A DNA stretch of 64,000 bases from the NCBI GenBank assembly GCA_003971905.1, contig RSEE01000010.1:930001-994000 (forward strand). The letters are read 5' to 3'. The DNA is from Moniliella sp. 'wahieum' (Eukaryota). This document shows, in pieces, positions 1 through 11,262 of the stretch. The translations under genes were made by a program, and so were the position numbers. The notes below the pieces were generated by a model. It was not told the DNA's origin, ran no database searches, and saw only the letters and a list, made by a program, of their open reading frames with translations. Every line of letters begins with the position of its first letter. Within the stretch, counting starts at the first letter, position 1.

Positions 1-406
1 TTGCGTTTCCCACGGAACCCATCGGGGCGTGCTGGATGAACAACCGATCCAATTTCCATGTCCAGCAACCAAGCCAGCGGTGGCAATAGGCCGTGCTCCC
101 CTCAACAGAAGGTGGTAGTCGTCCGATAGGTTGTTGTGGGATGGTGCGTGCTAGACAGAGAGAACCGGAGGGGCGGGTGAGGCAGAGCGCTAGTCAGTAG
201 GGCGGGTCGCCGGTAGGATTATCTGCCAACCAAAACGTACGTCGTTCTCCATAGATCAAGGCACCGGAGAGATGGGCTGGGATGGAACACTCAGGACAGG
301 GGCTTCATATTCATAGTAGCACATAGTAAGCGTCACGTGCATCCCATGGAGTCGGTGCAACGAACCAACGCGCTCGGTAGGTATTCCCGCTCTCGCAGCT
401 CCCCAC

Positions 407-2585
407 ATGCTCTCCTCCAGCAGCAACACTCCAAAACCCGCCGGGTCTGCTCCACCCACCACACCACCACCACCCCTCCTCCTCCTCCTGACCGCGCAAG
501 CGGGCGCCAGGGCAGACATGTCAGACGCGGATGTGGATGCGACGCCCCATGTGGGGAGCATGGACAACGACAAGCTTCGCTCCCGCCTCCAGGAGGAGCT
601 CTCGCCTCCTCTCGCTGCCACCCCCCGCGTCTTCACCTCCTCCCCCGACGACCCAGGCTACCCCATCTTTGCTGGCGACCTGCCCTGGTCACAACGGTCC
701 TGGATGTACCAATTCCGTCCGTTCCGCGGCATGTACTACGATGTGCGCCGCCGTCTGCCTCTCTATCGCTCCGACTGGACCAGCGCCTGTGCGCCGCGCA
801 ACTGGTACACTCTTCTCGACTCGACTGTGCGCATGTACTTTATCAGTACGTTGTGTTTCCTGCATTGGCTGTACGCGTTCGCATGGTTAACGTGAGCACC
901 CAGCCTCATGCCGGCTATTGCGTATGTCCTCGACATGAACCACCGCACGCATGGCGTGTACGGTGTGAACGAAGTTATCCTTGCTAGCGCTTTGGCCGCC
1001 ATCGTCTTCCCCATCTTTGGGTGCCAGCCTCTGACCTTTGTGGGTGTGACGGGGCTGATCAATCTGTGCAATTACACCATGTACAATGTCACAGTCCATC
1101 ATTGGGGGTTTGACCACCTCCATTACCTGCGCTTTCAGGCATGGATGCTCATCTGGGCCGCTGGCTTCTTGTTTGCCGGAGCAGCGCTCAACATGTCGGA
1201 CTATACCCGCTTCATCACCGACATGACCTCACAGACCTTTGGCTTTTATGTGGGCGTCGTCTACATTCAGAAGGGGATCGAGCTGCTGATCAATGAATTC
1301 GAGCCGAGCCCCCGAGACAATGCGACCGGGTGGCTGTCGGTGACGATTGCCATTTGTTCACCGTCAGCGTCTACCTTGTTTCGGCGGTAGGCAGAACCTC
1401 CTTTTCCCTTCCGTGTCCGAATGGGGATTGGCTCCTACGCCTTACTGCCGGCTGCATTTTTTGGACGGGCTTCTCGCATTTCCCGCATGGGTCCTTAAAA
1501 CAGGTGCCGTTGGAACGGGGTACCGATCACTCGCTCTTGGTTCCCCACCATGGACCGCGGTTGGTTTGTCGATTTCTGGCACATTGATGTCAAGTGGGTC
1601 TTTGTTGCCCATTTGGCTTTCTTGTCATGCTTCTCTTCTACTTTGACCACAATGTTAGCTCCGTCATGGCTCAGGCGCGTATTCCCCGTTCGAACGCCGG
1701 CAGGCTTCCATTGGGACATGGCTGTCCTCGCTGCCACCACTCTCGTCTCTGGCTTTCTCGGGCTTCCTGCTCCGAATGGACTCGTGCCCCAAGCGCCCGA
1801 ACATACCGACTCTCTCTCGATCTATGCACAGGTGGACCAGGCCCACCACCACCACCACCACCCTACTTTGAATCAGGCACAGCGCCGCTCAACCGAAGAA
1901 CCATCGTATTCCGAGCTAAAGCGCATTCGCACCGTCCAAATGGAACAAGATGTCGTCGGCTCCCTCCCTGCCGGTCCCCGTTCCGCCCCTCAGGAGATCC
2001 GCAACGTGCGTGTGGTCGAGCAACGAGTTTCTCACCTGGCCATTGGCGCCTTGACCTGGCCACCATGACACGTCCTTTCCTCGTGATGCCTGGGCTCATG
2101 CCGCGCGCCGTTTTGCCGGCGTCTTTCTCCTGGTCGGATGGGGGTCGATTGAGCAGACCATTGGTCCAACGCGCTCTCGCCATGGTCAAGACCGCGCCAT
2201 GGCCGACCCTTCCAACCCCCTGTTGAGGGTCCGGCGACGTAAGATTTTCTCTCACTGCCATCCAATGGACCTTTTTCGGTATGACCATCGCCATCTCCCA
2301 AACCCTGGCCGGACTCGGGTTCCCCGTGATCATCCTCCTCTTAATCCCGGTACGGTACTACCTTCTTCCCAGGTGGTTCTCGCCCCCGGAACTGGCCATC
2401 CTCGACTCGCCCACCGCCGATGCCCCCCCGCTACTGTCTCTGGACACGAACCCGAACGCGTCACGGGGTCGGCGTCCCAGTTGCCCTCGATACGGGACTG
2501 GCCGGAACCGAGTGGGGCAAAGCCCTTGGCCTCCCGCCCCTTCGTCCGCCACCGTCGCTGTCGCTACCGGCTTGAGGCGCTTTGA
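407..2585 (+). CDS. BOR1: Boron efflux transporter / SLC4-type anion exchanger (frameshifted in this assembly)
   Basis: HCO3 co-transporter family motifs across consecutive frames: GMYYDVRRRLPLYRSDW, MPAIAYVLDM, FGCQPLTFVGVTG, TFGFYVGVVYIQKG, LLFYFDHNVSSVMAQ, GFHWD, GLPAPNGLVPQAPEHT, VVEQRVSH, ISQTLAGLGFPVII. Intron about 846-903. Start could be 407 or 518; end approximate. Confidence 0.88.
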
Positions 2586-2998
2586 TTCGGCCTCCACCAC
2601 TACGCGCCTGGCTACCGTGCTGCCCCTGGTCAGGGCCTGCCCCCCACTCCCCACCCGAAGAGGAGGAGGCTTGAAGCGTGAAGCTTCTCACACGCAGTGT
2701 TGTGCCTGTCGAAGAAAGGACTCGGCTTCGCGATCTGCTTCCATATGCCATTGCTATCTTGTTGTCCTGCCGATGAGCGACCCAGTCAAGGCGTTCCCAA
2801 TGCATCTTGTTGTTCTTGCCAAGGAGAGTGACATCTACAGGAGGAATCAGCACCAACAGCGGCGCCAACCCCACCAGGCCCAACGACCAACTTTTTGGCT
2901 ACACCCTGGTGCTGATAACCATGCCCTGAAACACATGTCACGTGCCGCACGCCCCCTCCCCGGCTTGTCAGCGGAACAGGCGGAATGGAATTTCCGCG

Positions 2999-3005
2999 TG
3001 ACTCA
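2999..3005 (+). promoter_or_regulatory. Gcn4/CpcA-type site TGACTCA upstream of threonyl-tRNA synthetase
   Basis: Exact TGACTCA about 100 bp upstream of the ATG at 3107. Aminoacyl-tRNA synthetases are known targets of general amino-acid control. Function is inferred. Confidence 0.4.
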
Positions 3006-3106
3006 GAGCGGCAGGAACAACCAACGGCTCGACGACATCAGCCCTGCATTTGCTTGGCATGCAGCCCATCCCCATCCCACCACCCTCCATCCCCAGCCCC
3101 ACCACC

Positions 3107-5406
3107 ATGTCTGCGCTGAGCCCGCGCCCTCGGCCCCCAGCTGCGGCTGCCCAGGTCGCCGACCTGGCCAAGAATGTCGGCGAGAAGCTCGGCCTTGCCC
3201 CATCCAACTCCCTGCCGCCCCGGACGCTGCCAAGAAGGCGCCCAAGCCCAAGAAGGAGGGCAAAGAAAAGGACAAGGAGGCGCTGCCCGAGGTACGTTGG
3301 TTTCTCCTCTGCTCCATTCCTCCCCTGCTGCTCACACCACTGCCCACCGCAGGCCCAACCGGTCCACCCTTCGTATCTCGACAAGCGCATCGAGCTCTTT
3401 GAAAAGGCCAAGGCCGAGCGCGATGCGTATGTCGCTGCCCAGCCGCGCAAGGAGATTGTCGTGACGCTTCCGGATGGGAGTAGCCGGGTTGCTACGGCAT
3501 GGGAGACGAGCCCAATGGACATTGCCAAGCAAATCTCCAAGTCCTTGTCGGAGAAGATTGTGATTGCCAAAGTGATGGGCAACTGTGGGACTTGGAACGT
3601 CCGTTTGAAGGGCCTGCATCGCTCGAGCTGCTCGACTTTGACCACCCAGAGGGAAAACGTGTGTTTTGGCACTCGTCTGCTCACGTTTTGGGTGAGGCGG
3701 CGGAACTGCTGTATGGCTGCCACCTCTGCATTGGCCCTCCGACCGGCGGGTTTTTCTACGAAATGGCCATGGGCGACTCGGCCGATCGGGCCGCGTGACC
3801 CGCCAGGAAGACTTCCCCGCGTTGGAGAAGCTGACGACCAAGGCAATCAAGGAGAAACAGGCGTTTGAGCGGGTGGTGCTGCCCAAGGAAAAACTGCTGG
3901 AGATGTTTGCGTACAACAAGTACAAGCAGCACATCATCAAGGACAAAATCCCCGATGGCACTTCCACCACCGTCTACCGCTGCGGCCCATGATCGATCTC
4001 TGTGTCGGCCCACACATCCCCCATACGGGACGCATCAAGGCTCTGTCGGTGTGAAGAACTCGGCGTCGTACTTCCTCGGAGACCAGAACAACGACTCGCT
4101 CCAACGGCTGTACGGCATCTCGTTCCCTGACAATGCGCGCATGAAGGAGTACAAGAAATGGCTCGAAGAGGCAGCCAAGCGGGACCACCGCAAGATTGGC
4201 AAGGAGCAAGAGCTTTTCTTTTTCCACGACATGAGTCCTGGCTCCGCGTTCTGGTTGCCGCACGGGGCGCGGATCTACGAGAAACTGATGACGCTGATGA
4301 AGCAGGAGTACCAAAGCGTGGCTTCACCGAGGTTGGCACCCCCAACATGTTTAACGCCAAGCTGTGGGAGACGTCGGGTCACTGGGCCAACTACAAGGAC
4401 GATATGTTTACGCTGCCAGTGGAGAAGGAGACGTTTGCGCTCAAGCCGATGAACTGCCCGGCCACTGCTTGGTTTATGCGCATCGCGACCGTTCGTACCG
4501 CGAACTGCCCCTGCGTCTGGCCGAGTTTGGCGTGATCCACCGGAACGAGGCATCGGGTGCGTTGAGTGGCCTGACGCGTGTCCGGCGCTTTGTGCAAGAC
4601 GACGCGCACATTTTCTGCATGGCGTCCCAGATTGAAGAGGAGATGGCCAACTGCTTTGCCTTCCTCGAGACATTTATGGCAAGTTTGGCTTCTCGTTCAA
4701 GCTCGGCCTGTCGACCCGTCCCGAGAAGAAGTACATTGGGGAGCTGGCGGTGTGGGACGCGGCTGAGGCACGGCTCAAGTCGGCGCTGAACAAGTTTGTG
4801 CCGAACCAGTGGGTGGTGAACGAGGGCGATGGCGCGTTTTACGGGCCCAAGATTGACATTGAGATCAAGGATGCCATGGGCCGCGAGTTCCAGTGCGCCA
4901 CGATCCAACTCGACTTTAACCTGCCCAACCGGTTTGACCTCAAGTTCCGCGCGCTCCCGGGCCAAGGCACCCTCGACGGCGGCAACTTTGATCGGCCCGT
5001 CATGATCCACCGTGCCATCCTCGGCTCGCTCGAGCGGTTCATTGCGATCCTCACCGAACACTTTGCAGGCAAGTGGCCCTTCTGGCTCAGCCCACGGCAG
5101 GTGATGGTGGTGCCCGTGTCGGTGGACAACTATGCGTATGCGCAGCAGGTGGCCGACAAGCTCCATGACGAGGGCAAGTTTTATGCCGATGTCGACGTGA
5201 CCGACAACACGCTCAAGAAGAAGATCTTCAATGCCGAAAAGGCACAGTACAACTTTATCCTCGTCGTCGGTGCGCGCGAGGCGGAGACCAAGGCGGTCAA
5301 CGTGCGTGCCAACGGCAAGGAGGTGGCGCACTCGTTGGAGGACACGCTGCAGGCCATGCTGCGTCTGTCCCAGAACCAGGGGCTGGAGAACGTGCTGGAC
5401 ATTTAA
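3107..5406 (+). CDS. THS1: Threonyl-tRNA synthetase, cytoplasmic (frameshifted in this assembly)
   Basis: TGS domain ([16 protein letters not shown]), [102 protein letters not shown]. Intron 3292-3352 (GTACGT..CAG). Confidence 0.96.
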
Positions 5407-5615
5407 TGCGCATCGCATCGCATTCCGCCACGTCAATCGCATGCCTTTCCATCTTCCTCCTTATCTTGCTAAGCGTTGTGTGGTCGATATGGGATAGGGA
5501 AAGTGGAGGAAAGAGGACGCGCGATTTAAGTCGAAAGGGACCATTTCCACATCGCCCGCCTCAAACGGGATCCAAGGTGCTTGCTCTCCTGCATCGACAG
5601 AAAAAGAAAGCAAAA

Positions 5616-5710
5616 TGCTTCAAAGGGGAATCGAACCCCTGTCACATCGACGTCTCACAGGCACTAGGGCTGTCTGGCAACGATGTAGTATACCACTAAC
5701 CCATTGAAGC
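5616..5710 (-). tRNA. tRNA-Gly(GCC) with 24-nt canonical intron (5651-5674)
   Basis: The reverse complement folds as a cloverleaf: acceptor GCTTCAA/TTGAAGC, anticodon stem CATCG/CGATG, loop TT-GCC-A[intron]T, T-arm GGTTCGATTCC, followed by a T-rich Pol III terminator. Confidence 0.93.
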
Positions 5711-6966
5711 TTGATATCCTGTTGGTAAATGACAATTTCAGTGCAACTCTAGTTGAGCGATCACGTTGATCTTTCAGGGGTTCGTCCCGCTGTGATTGCC
5801 GCCTTATCCAGCTCAGCTAGAAGCGCCTAAGTGGAAGATGGTGTACAAAGATGGACAGAGCCTGGTACGCTGTGCTTCCCCCCCAACAGCAAACGAAGTC
5901 CGCCACGCTCGTTCTAGAGCCTCCGCGGAGTGCGGTTGAACGGTACTCAGGTGTCCCTCTTACTATTTAAGCTTTGGAATGCCACACGCATGAATACAGT
6001 TCCAAGGCCTCAGCGCCTCAGCCCGAATAACTTCTGAGTTCGATATATGATTTCAAGGACCACGAACAGAAGATGCATGCGAATACAATAGGTTCAATGC
6101 ACACAACAGCTGCTTTTGCGTAAAAAAGGACAGTCAATATATATGGCTACGTTATCAGCCCAGCCCGTCCCTCTTTCGCATAGAGGAACGGGAGAACCAC
6201 AATTATAATACAGGTTCTGTTTCCTTCTAGTATCCCACAGTAGACAATGCCCCTATAATCCACGATGTCAAACAGGATATGACGTCAAGCCGTCGGACGA
6301 ATGGTGCCACCATGCACCCCTCCCGTCGCCACGTCATGCAGTGTGTATAATGGCCTGTTAGAGTGCGTGAGAAGGCGGTGAGTGTGGACTTAAATTTGTC
6401 CGCCCCTGAGGCGCCCTTGGCGTAAAATATGCCCCCACAACAAGGGCCTCGTGCGCTCTGCTACTTCTCCTGGAATGGACTGTTACCACAGGTGCCTATA
6501 GCGCACGGCAGGCCGCCACCGTTATTCCCGCCCGTGGCGGCCCCAGATAAGGCCAACGGCTGCTGGGTGTGGGTGGGCCCTGAGTCAACCAGCGCGAGCA
6601 GGTCGGGGGGAAAGGAGGTTGGATCGACCATCAGTGCATCAGTATACCCGTGACATGCGGCATGCCCGCGACGGCTTCCCAAGGGCGTTATAGGGGCTGC
6701 GCCACATACACTGCCCTGCTGCCTCGTTCGCCCCCAGCGCGGCCGGCCGGGGCGCAGTGCTCTAATGCCGCCGGGTGTGGCGGTTAAAACACTCTGTTTC
6801 CCTGTTGGTTCCCATGCCTTTGTACCATCACTCGCGCACACGCCCACCCGTCTTCGATCGAACTCTGGCCAGTCCCTGGGCCATCTTGTCCCGTCTCTTG
6901 GCTCCGCTCCGCCCTCTCCCTCCTTCTCCCCTCCCGACACCCGCCTGCTGTGGCCCCCCGTCCTAT

Positions 6967-8594
6967 ATGGACATCCTCACACACGTCCCCGTCGAGGTGG
7001 CCGCCCACATCCTCAGCTGTGGCGTCCTGTCCATATCAGACGCCTGCCGTCTGTGCCTCGTGAGCAAGGGATGGAACCAGTTGATACGGTCCGAGGTAAG
7101 CTGGCAGGCATTTGCCCATACCCACCATCTCACGAAACAGCCCAATGATACCTGGCGGACCGTCACCCTCGGACACGAATTGCGCTCCCGCCAACTGGAA
7201 GGACCACCTCGGGCGAATTTGTCCCTCCCCTCCTCCCGGCTCTCAGCGACATGCAACAGATTTCTCCTGCATCGCCCAATCTGCAAGGAGAAGAGCTGCC
7301 CCCCGCCGTTCATGTCGCGGGTCTCCTAGTCCCAACGTGCTTGCCCTCTGGAGTCCTGATGGTCCGACCACACCGTGGTCTGGACGGTCGACTTGTGTAC
7401 CCACGAGCGCATGTGGATGCACCGTCAAAAATGTCCCCACATGAGCACAACGTGCCTCGCGGGAGACGGGTACATCCTGATGCTGTACCACTGTGCGTAT
7501 ATTCCCCATCGTCTCTTGACCAGTGCGACTGACTGCTGCATCGCAGGCGTCGGTCACCACGAGCGGTGGGTCCAAGTGAACATTTGGAAGTGTCCCGATG
7601 TAGAGACTGCGACACCTTCCTCTTCTCCTTCTGCCACGGAGAGGGGAAAGGAGCAGTTCGAGTTCCAAGGCGAGATGCGCCTCTGTGGGATGAATCTCTT
7701 CTCAGGCACGTTTGGTCCGGCGTACTTCTCCGCGCCATTCTTGGCCGTCGGGCCCAGCTGGGCTTTGATGAGTGCACGGACGAGTGGCCCGTCAAAGTCG
7801 TGGTATACAATGTAGATACGAAGACCTATGTCGAGTCGGTCGACTAGCCGAAGCGGTGAAAAGACAGGTCCAGCCATGGGGCTGCATCCCATGTACGTCT
7901 TCTCCCTCCCTCCCAGCTCTTTCGTCAACAGCCCCTCGTGTTGTGCATGGATGTAAGTGCAGCAACTTACACGACAGAACAGGGAGATGTGTTTTCCTCA
8001 AGCTCTCGCATTTGATGTCACACGTCTTCTCTTTGTCTCCTTCAAGCGCTGGGGAACCATTCGGGGGCGAGGGGCTTGGCTGGGCAACACGACTGCTGTT
8101 TCGATGGACAATGGTACCCCCTTGTGGAGTTCACGTACAGGCCGGCTTTCCCCTGCCAATTCTTCTGAACCAAAAGCAACTGTCCTAATGGCCATGGATG
8201 TGCCCGATGATAACCCTGACGGTCGGCGACTGCAACCCTCCCCTGCATCCCCTATTTGGACGAAGAAATGGAAGACACGTTGGCAGACACGACTGGTCGT
8301 TTGGCTCTCTCCCATCAGACGGAACGCTCCTTTCCGCCGGACTCAAGGGCGTATTTGTTCTGCGCGACTACCGCGTCTTCCTCACGACCAACCACTGAGC
8401 CTACCATTAACTGTGTCATCCTCGTCCCCCTGGGCGTCCACTCGCGTCGTTCCTCGGATGCCACCTTGGTTTCCGAGGTTCCGTCTCAACACAAAGACGC
8501 CTCTTCCCGTTCTTCTTCCTTCTCCATCCCCGAGAGTCTTCCCTCTTCCCGCTCCACCCGCGTACAGGCGCCAACGCAGCCCGCTGCGCCGTAG
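6967..8594 (+). CDS. F-box domain protein (frameshifted; end approximate)
   Basis: N-terminal MDILTHVPVEVAAHILSCGVLSISDACRLCLVSKGWNQLI matches the F-box pattern (LP.E...IL..L...D...C.LVSK.W). Coding-like fragments continue in shifting frames. Confidence 0.7.
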
Positions 8595-10272
8595 CCCTGG
8601 CGAACCACACCATCCTCTGGGCCACACCCCATACCGCGCCCATGCTACTCTTGCTGCCCGACCCCGCCCACGCCCACAGCGAACCTCGCCTGTTTACCCT
8701 TCCCACCTTGCCCCCGAGGGATGCGAGGGTGTAGAAAACGTGTGGGCCGCCACGGTTGGCGATCCACCCAACGCGCTCGCCCTATGACCGCGTACCTCTC
8801 GCATAACCTGCTCGCCCTCGTTCTCAACCCGCCCCGACGCGGCGTCTTGCCCGCCTCGGACGTGCAGCGCGTCGGTGCGGCCTTGCTCACCATCCATTTG
8901 GACCAGGCCGCGGCACTGTACCTCGGCCCGCTTGCCCGTCCGCGCGGTTGTACGTCTCCTGTTCAGGCGTCGAAACCACGGTGGACTTACCCAGCACCTT
9001 GGTATGGTGGAAGAAGGCTGCCAGGCCGTTGCACCCCGCCCCCCATCCTGTCCCCTCTTGGTCGGGTGGACCCTCGTGTTCCTGAGCCTCGGACAGGTGC
9101 AGCTTGTTGGGGCCCCACAGTAGGGCCCCACCTGTTCAGCCTCTCAGTTCACCCTGTTCTGTACTTTTTTTCTTTCTTCCCTCCCGACCGGGTAGGGCGG
9201 TGCATATGTGTACTTTATCTTTCCCCTCCTCTAGCTTCTGTCCCTAAAAAACGAACCGTTGAACTACATCGCGGCCTGGTAAATGTGCCTGGTGACCCGG
9301 TGACGCTGCAGCTTATTGAAGCTCCGCATGATGCCGATGATGGAAAAATGCGTGCCTGAAAGTGTGTGCCTGATGATGGAGGCATATGTCCGTCCATTTG
9401 GGGGTGTGGCGCATGGTGTGCCTGAGGGATGCCTGATGGTATATACTTTGAATCGGCAGTAGGGTGTGCGCCGAGCCCTTCACTGTTTCTCTTTCCCTCT
9501 CCCTCTCTTTATACCCCTTTATTGGCGGAGGTGACCACGATGATCACGATCGATACGAACGCTCACAAAACCCAACTCCCTTTTTCCTGCTCTCGTCCCC
9601 TTCGATGCTTTTCTCCTCTGTGCCCATCGAGCCATCGAGCCCATCGAACGATGCCATTGACTACATACTCTCTCCGAGTTTTCCTCGCGCGCTTGCGTCG
9701 CTCTCGAGTCTCCTCATTTACTCCCTACACAGCCATTTGTTTGTGTGAAAAAGAAATGGAACGGATCACGTTCCTCTGAGGTGACTCGGTGCCTAGACAG
9801 AGGTGTGGTGCCTAGTGCCTCCCCCCCTTGTGTTACCCGGTGGGGATTAGATCTCAGATAGAAAGGCACAGCGCACGGTGCCAATGCCAACGAAAACGAG
9901 TGCGTTAGCCCCGACCGCCACAGCGGATTTGGTCGCCTGGACAGGGTGCTGGTCTGTGCTCGCTGGAATGCAACGGATGCGCGTGCCGCCGAACGGTACT
10001 ATGGTCGCGTCTTGCATTCATGCCCTTGATTGTGGTGGGTTTCTCTTCCACTGAGGCTAAGTGAACTTTCGCCAAAAAGTATTTTGGTCCAGACTCGCGG
10101 GGCATTTGTCCCGTCCATTACACCCTTAGTTTGTTTATTGGAGAAAGCACGCAGTGCGCGTCATCGGTTCCGTCGGTTTCGATGACGCGCATACTAAAGG
10201 GTGGTTTGGCGGGACGATGGCATGCACGAGAGGGCAAATGACTGTGGAACCAGGACACCAAACAGCAAAAAT

Positions 10273-10362
10273 GGGGTCCGCCCGGGATCGAACCGAGGAC
10301 CACCTCTACGAAAGCGGATGCGCTGACCCTAAAGAGGCATGATACCACTACACCACGAACCC
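10273..10362 (-). tRNA. tRNA-Pro(AGG) with 18-nt intron (10309-10326)
   Basis: Acceptor GGGTTCG/CGGACCC, A box TGGTGTAGTGG, anticodon stem CCTCT/AGAGG with TT-AGG-G[intron]T, GGTTCGATCCC, and downstream TTTTT. Confidence 0.93.
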
Positions 10363-11262
10363 ATGCTTGTATTTGCAGCAGATGCAGATCTGGTGGGGCG
10401 CTGTATGTAGTCGATTGATTATGGCTCTGATTGGTCATCGGATAGTCGACAGCCCAGAGAAAAGGCTAAGATTGGCAGGAGCAGCTGTCGATGGCACCAA
10501 GCAAGCAGGTTCCAGCATCTTTTGCCACATGTCAGGTCCCAGCGAGAAGCCATACTGGTTGTGGGGGGCGTGTGCTGCCCCATGCTGGGTGGAAGTCGAG
10601 CGGAGATGAGAATGGTGATCGATTGGGGGTGGCCCAGACCAGAATTGCGAAGAGGCGGGCGCAGTGGCTGGATTCGGGTTTTAGTTTCGAGACAGCTGTG
10701 TCTGAGCAGCGGAGATGCCGCTCGCATCGCGCAATCGCTTCCGACGGCGGCGCGGGGGCGGAATGGGGCGGAATTCCCCAGGGGGGCATGGCGTGCTCGG
10801 TTGGTGTTGGACAAGACGCAATTGGGCTCAACAGCTACCACGACGGCATGCCCAGCGCCTCAGCCGCACAGCCAGGCACGAACCACCCGAGATCCAGCCC
10901 TACTCGGCCCCGCCCTGCCCGCTGATGCATGATGCTGCCTGTGGCGTGGCGCTGGGCGCTCAAAAAACATGGCCGGATGGGCGTCTTCTGAAGCGGTGGG
11001 CTTGGTTTTCCTCATCGCTGCCAACACCACTCCACTTTCTTGGGCGCCTCAGCAGTCAGTCTGAGTACCTGAGTACCCAGAACGCAGAATTCAGAGCTCA
11101 GACGCCCCCTCCTCGCGCTCTAGTCTCACCATCTCACCCCCTGTCGGCCGAAGAACACCGCTGAGGAAAACCGCAGAATTCGGGGCTCGTCTTATACCCT
11201 CCACCATCACCTCCACCACTCCGGTCTCTTCTCCTGCCACCCCCCTCCCTCTTCTGCCTGCC

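Noticed and set aside
3107..5406. Programmed ribosomal frameshifting or RNA editing as the cause of split ORFs
   Set aside because: The shifts are numerous, lack a shared slippery motif and affect nearly all genes. Sequencing indels are the more parsimonious explanation.
8642..9140. Possible small hydrophobic protein downstream of the F-box gene
   Set aside because: Fragmented frames with no recognisable family. A gene cannot be supported, although one is not excluded.
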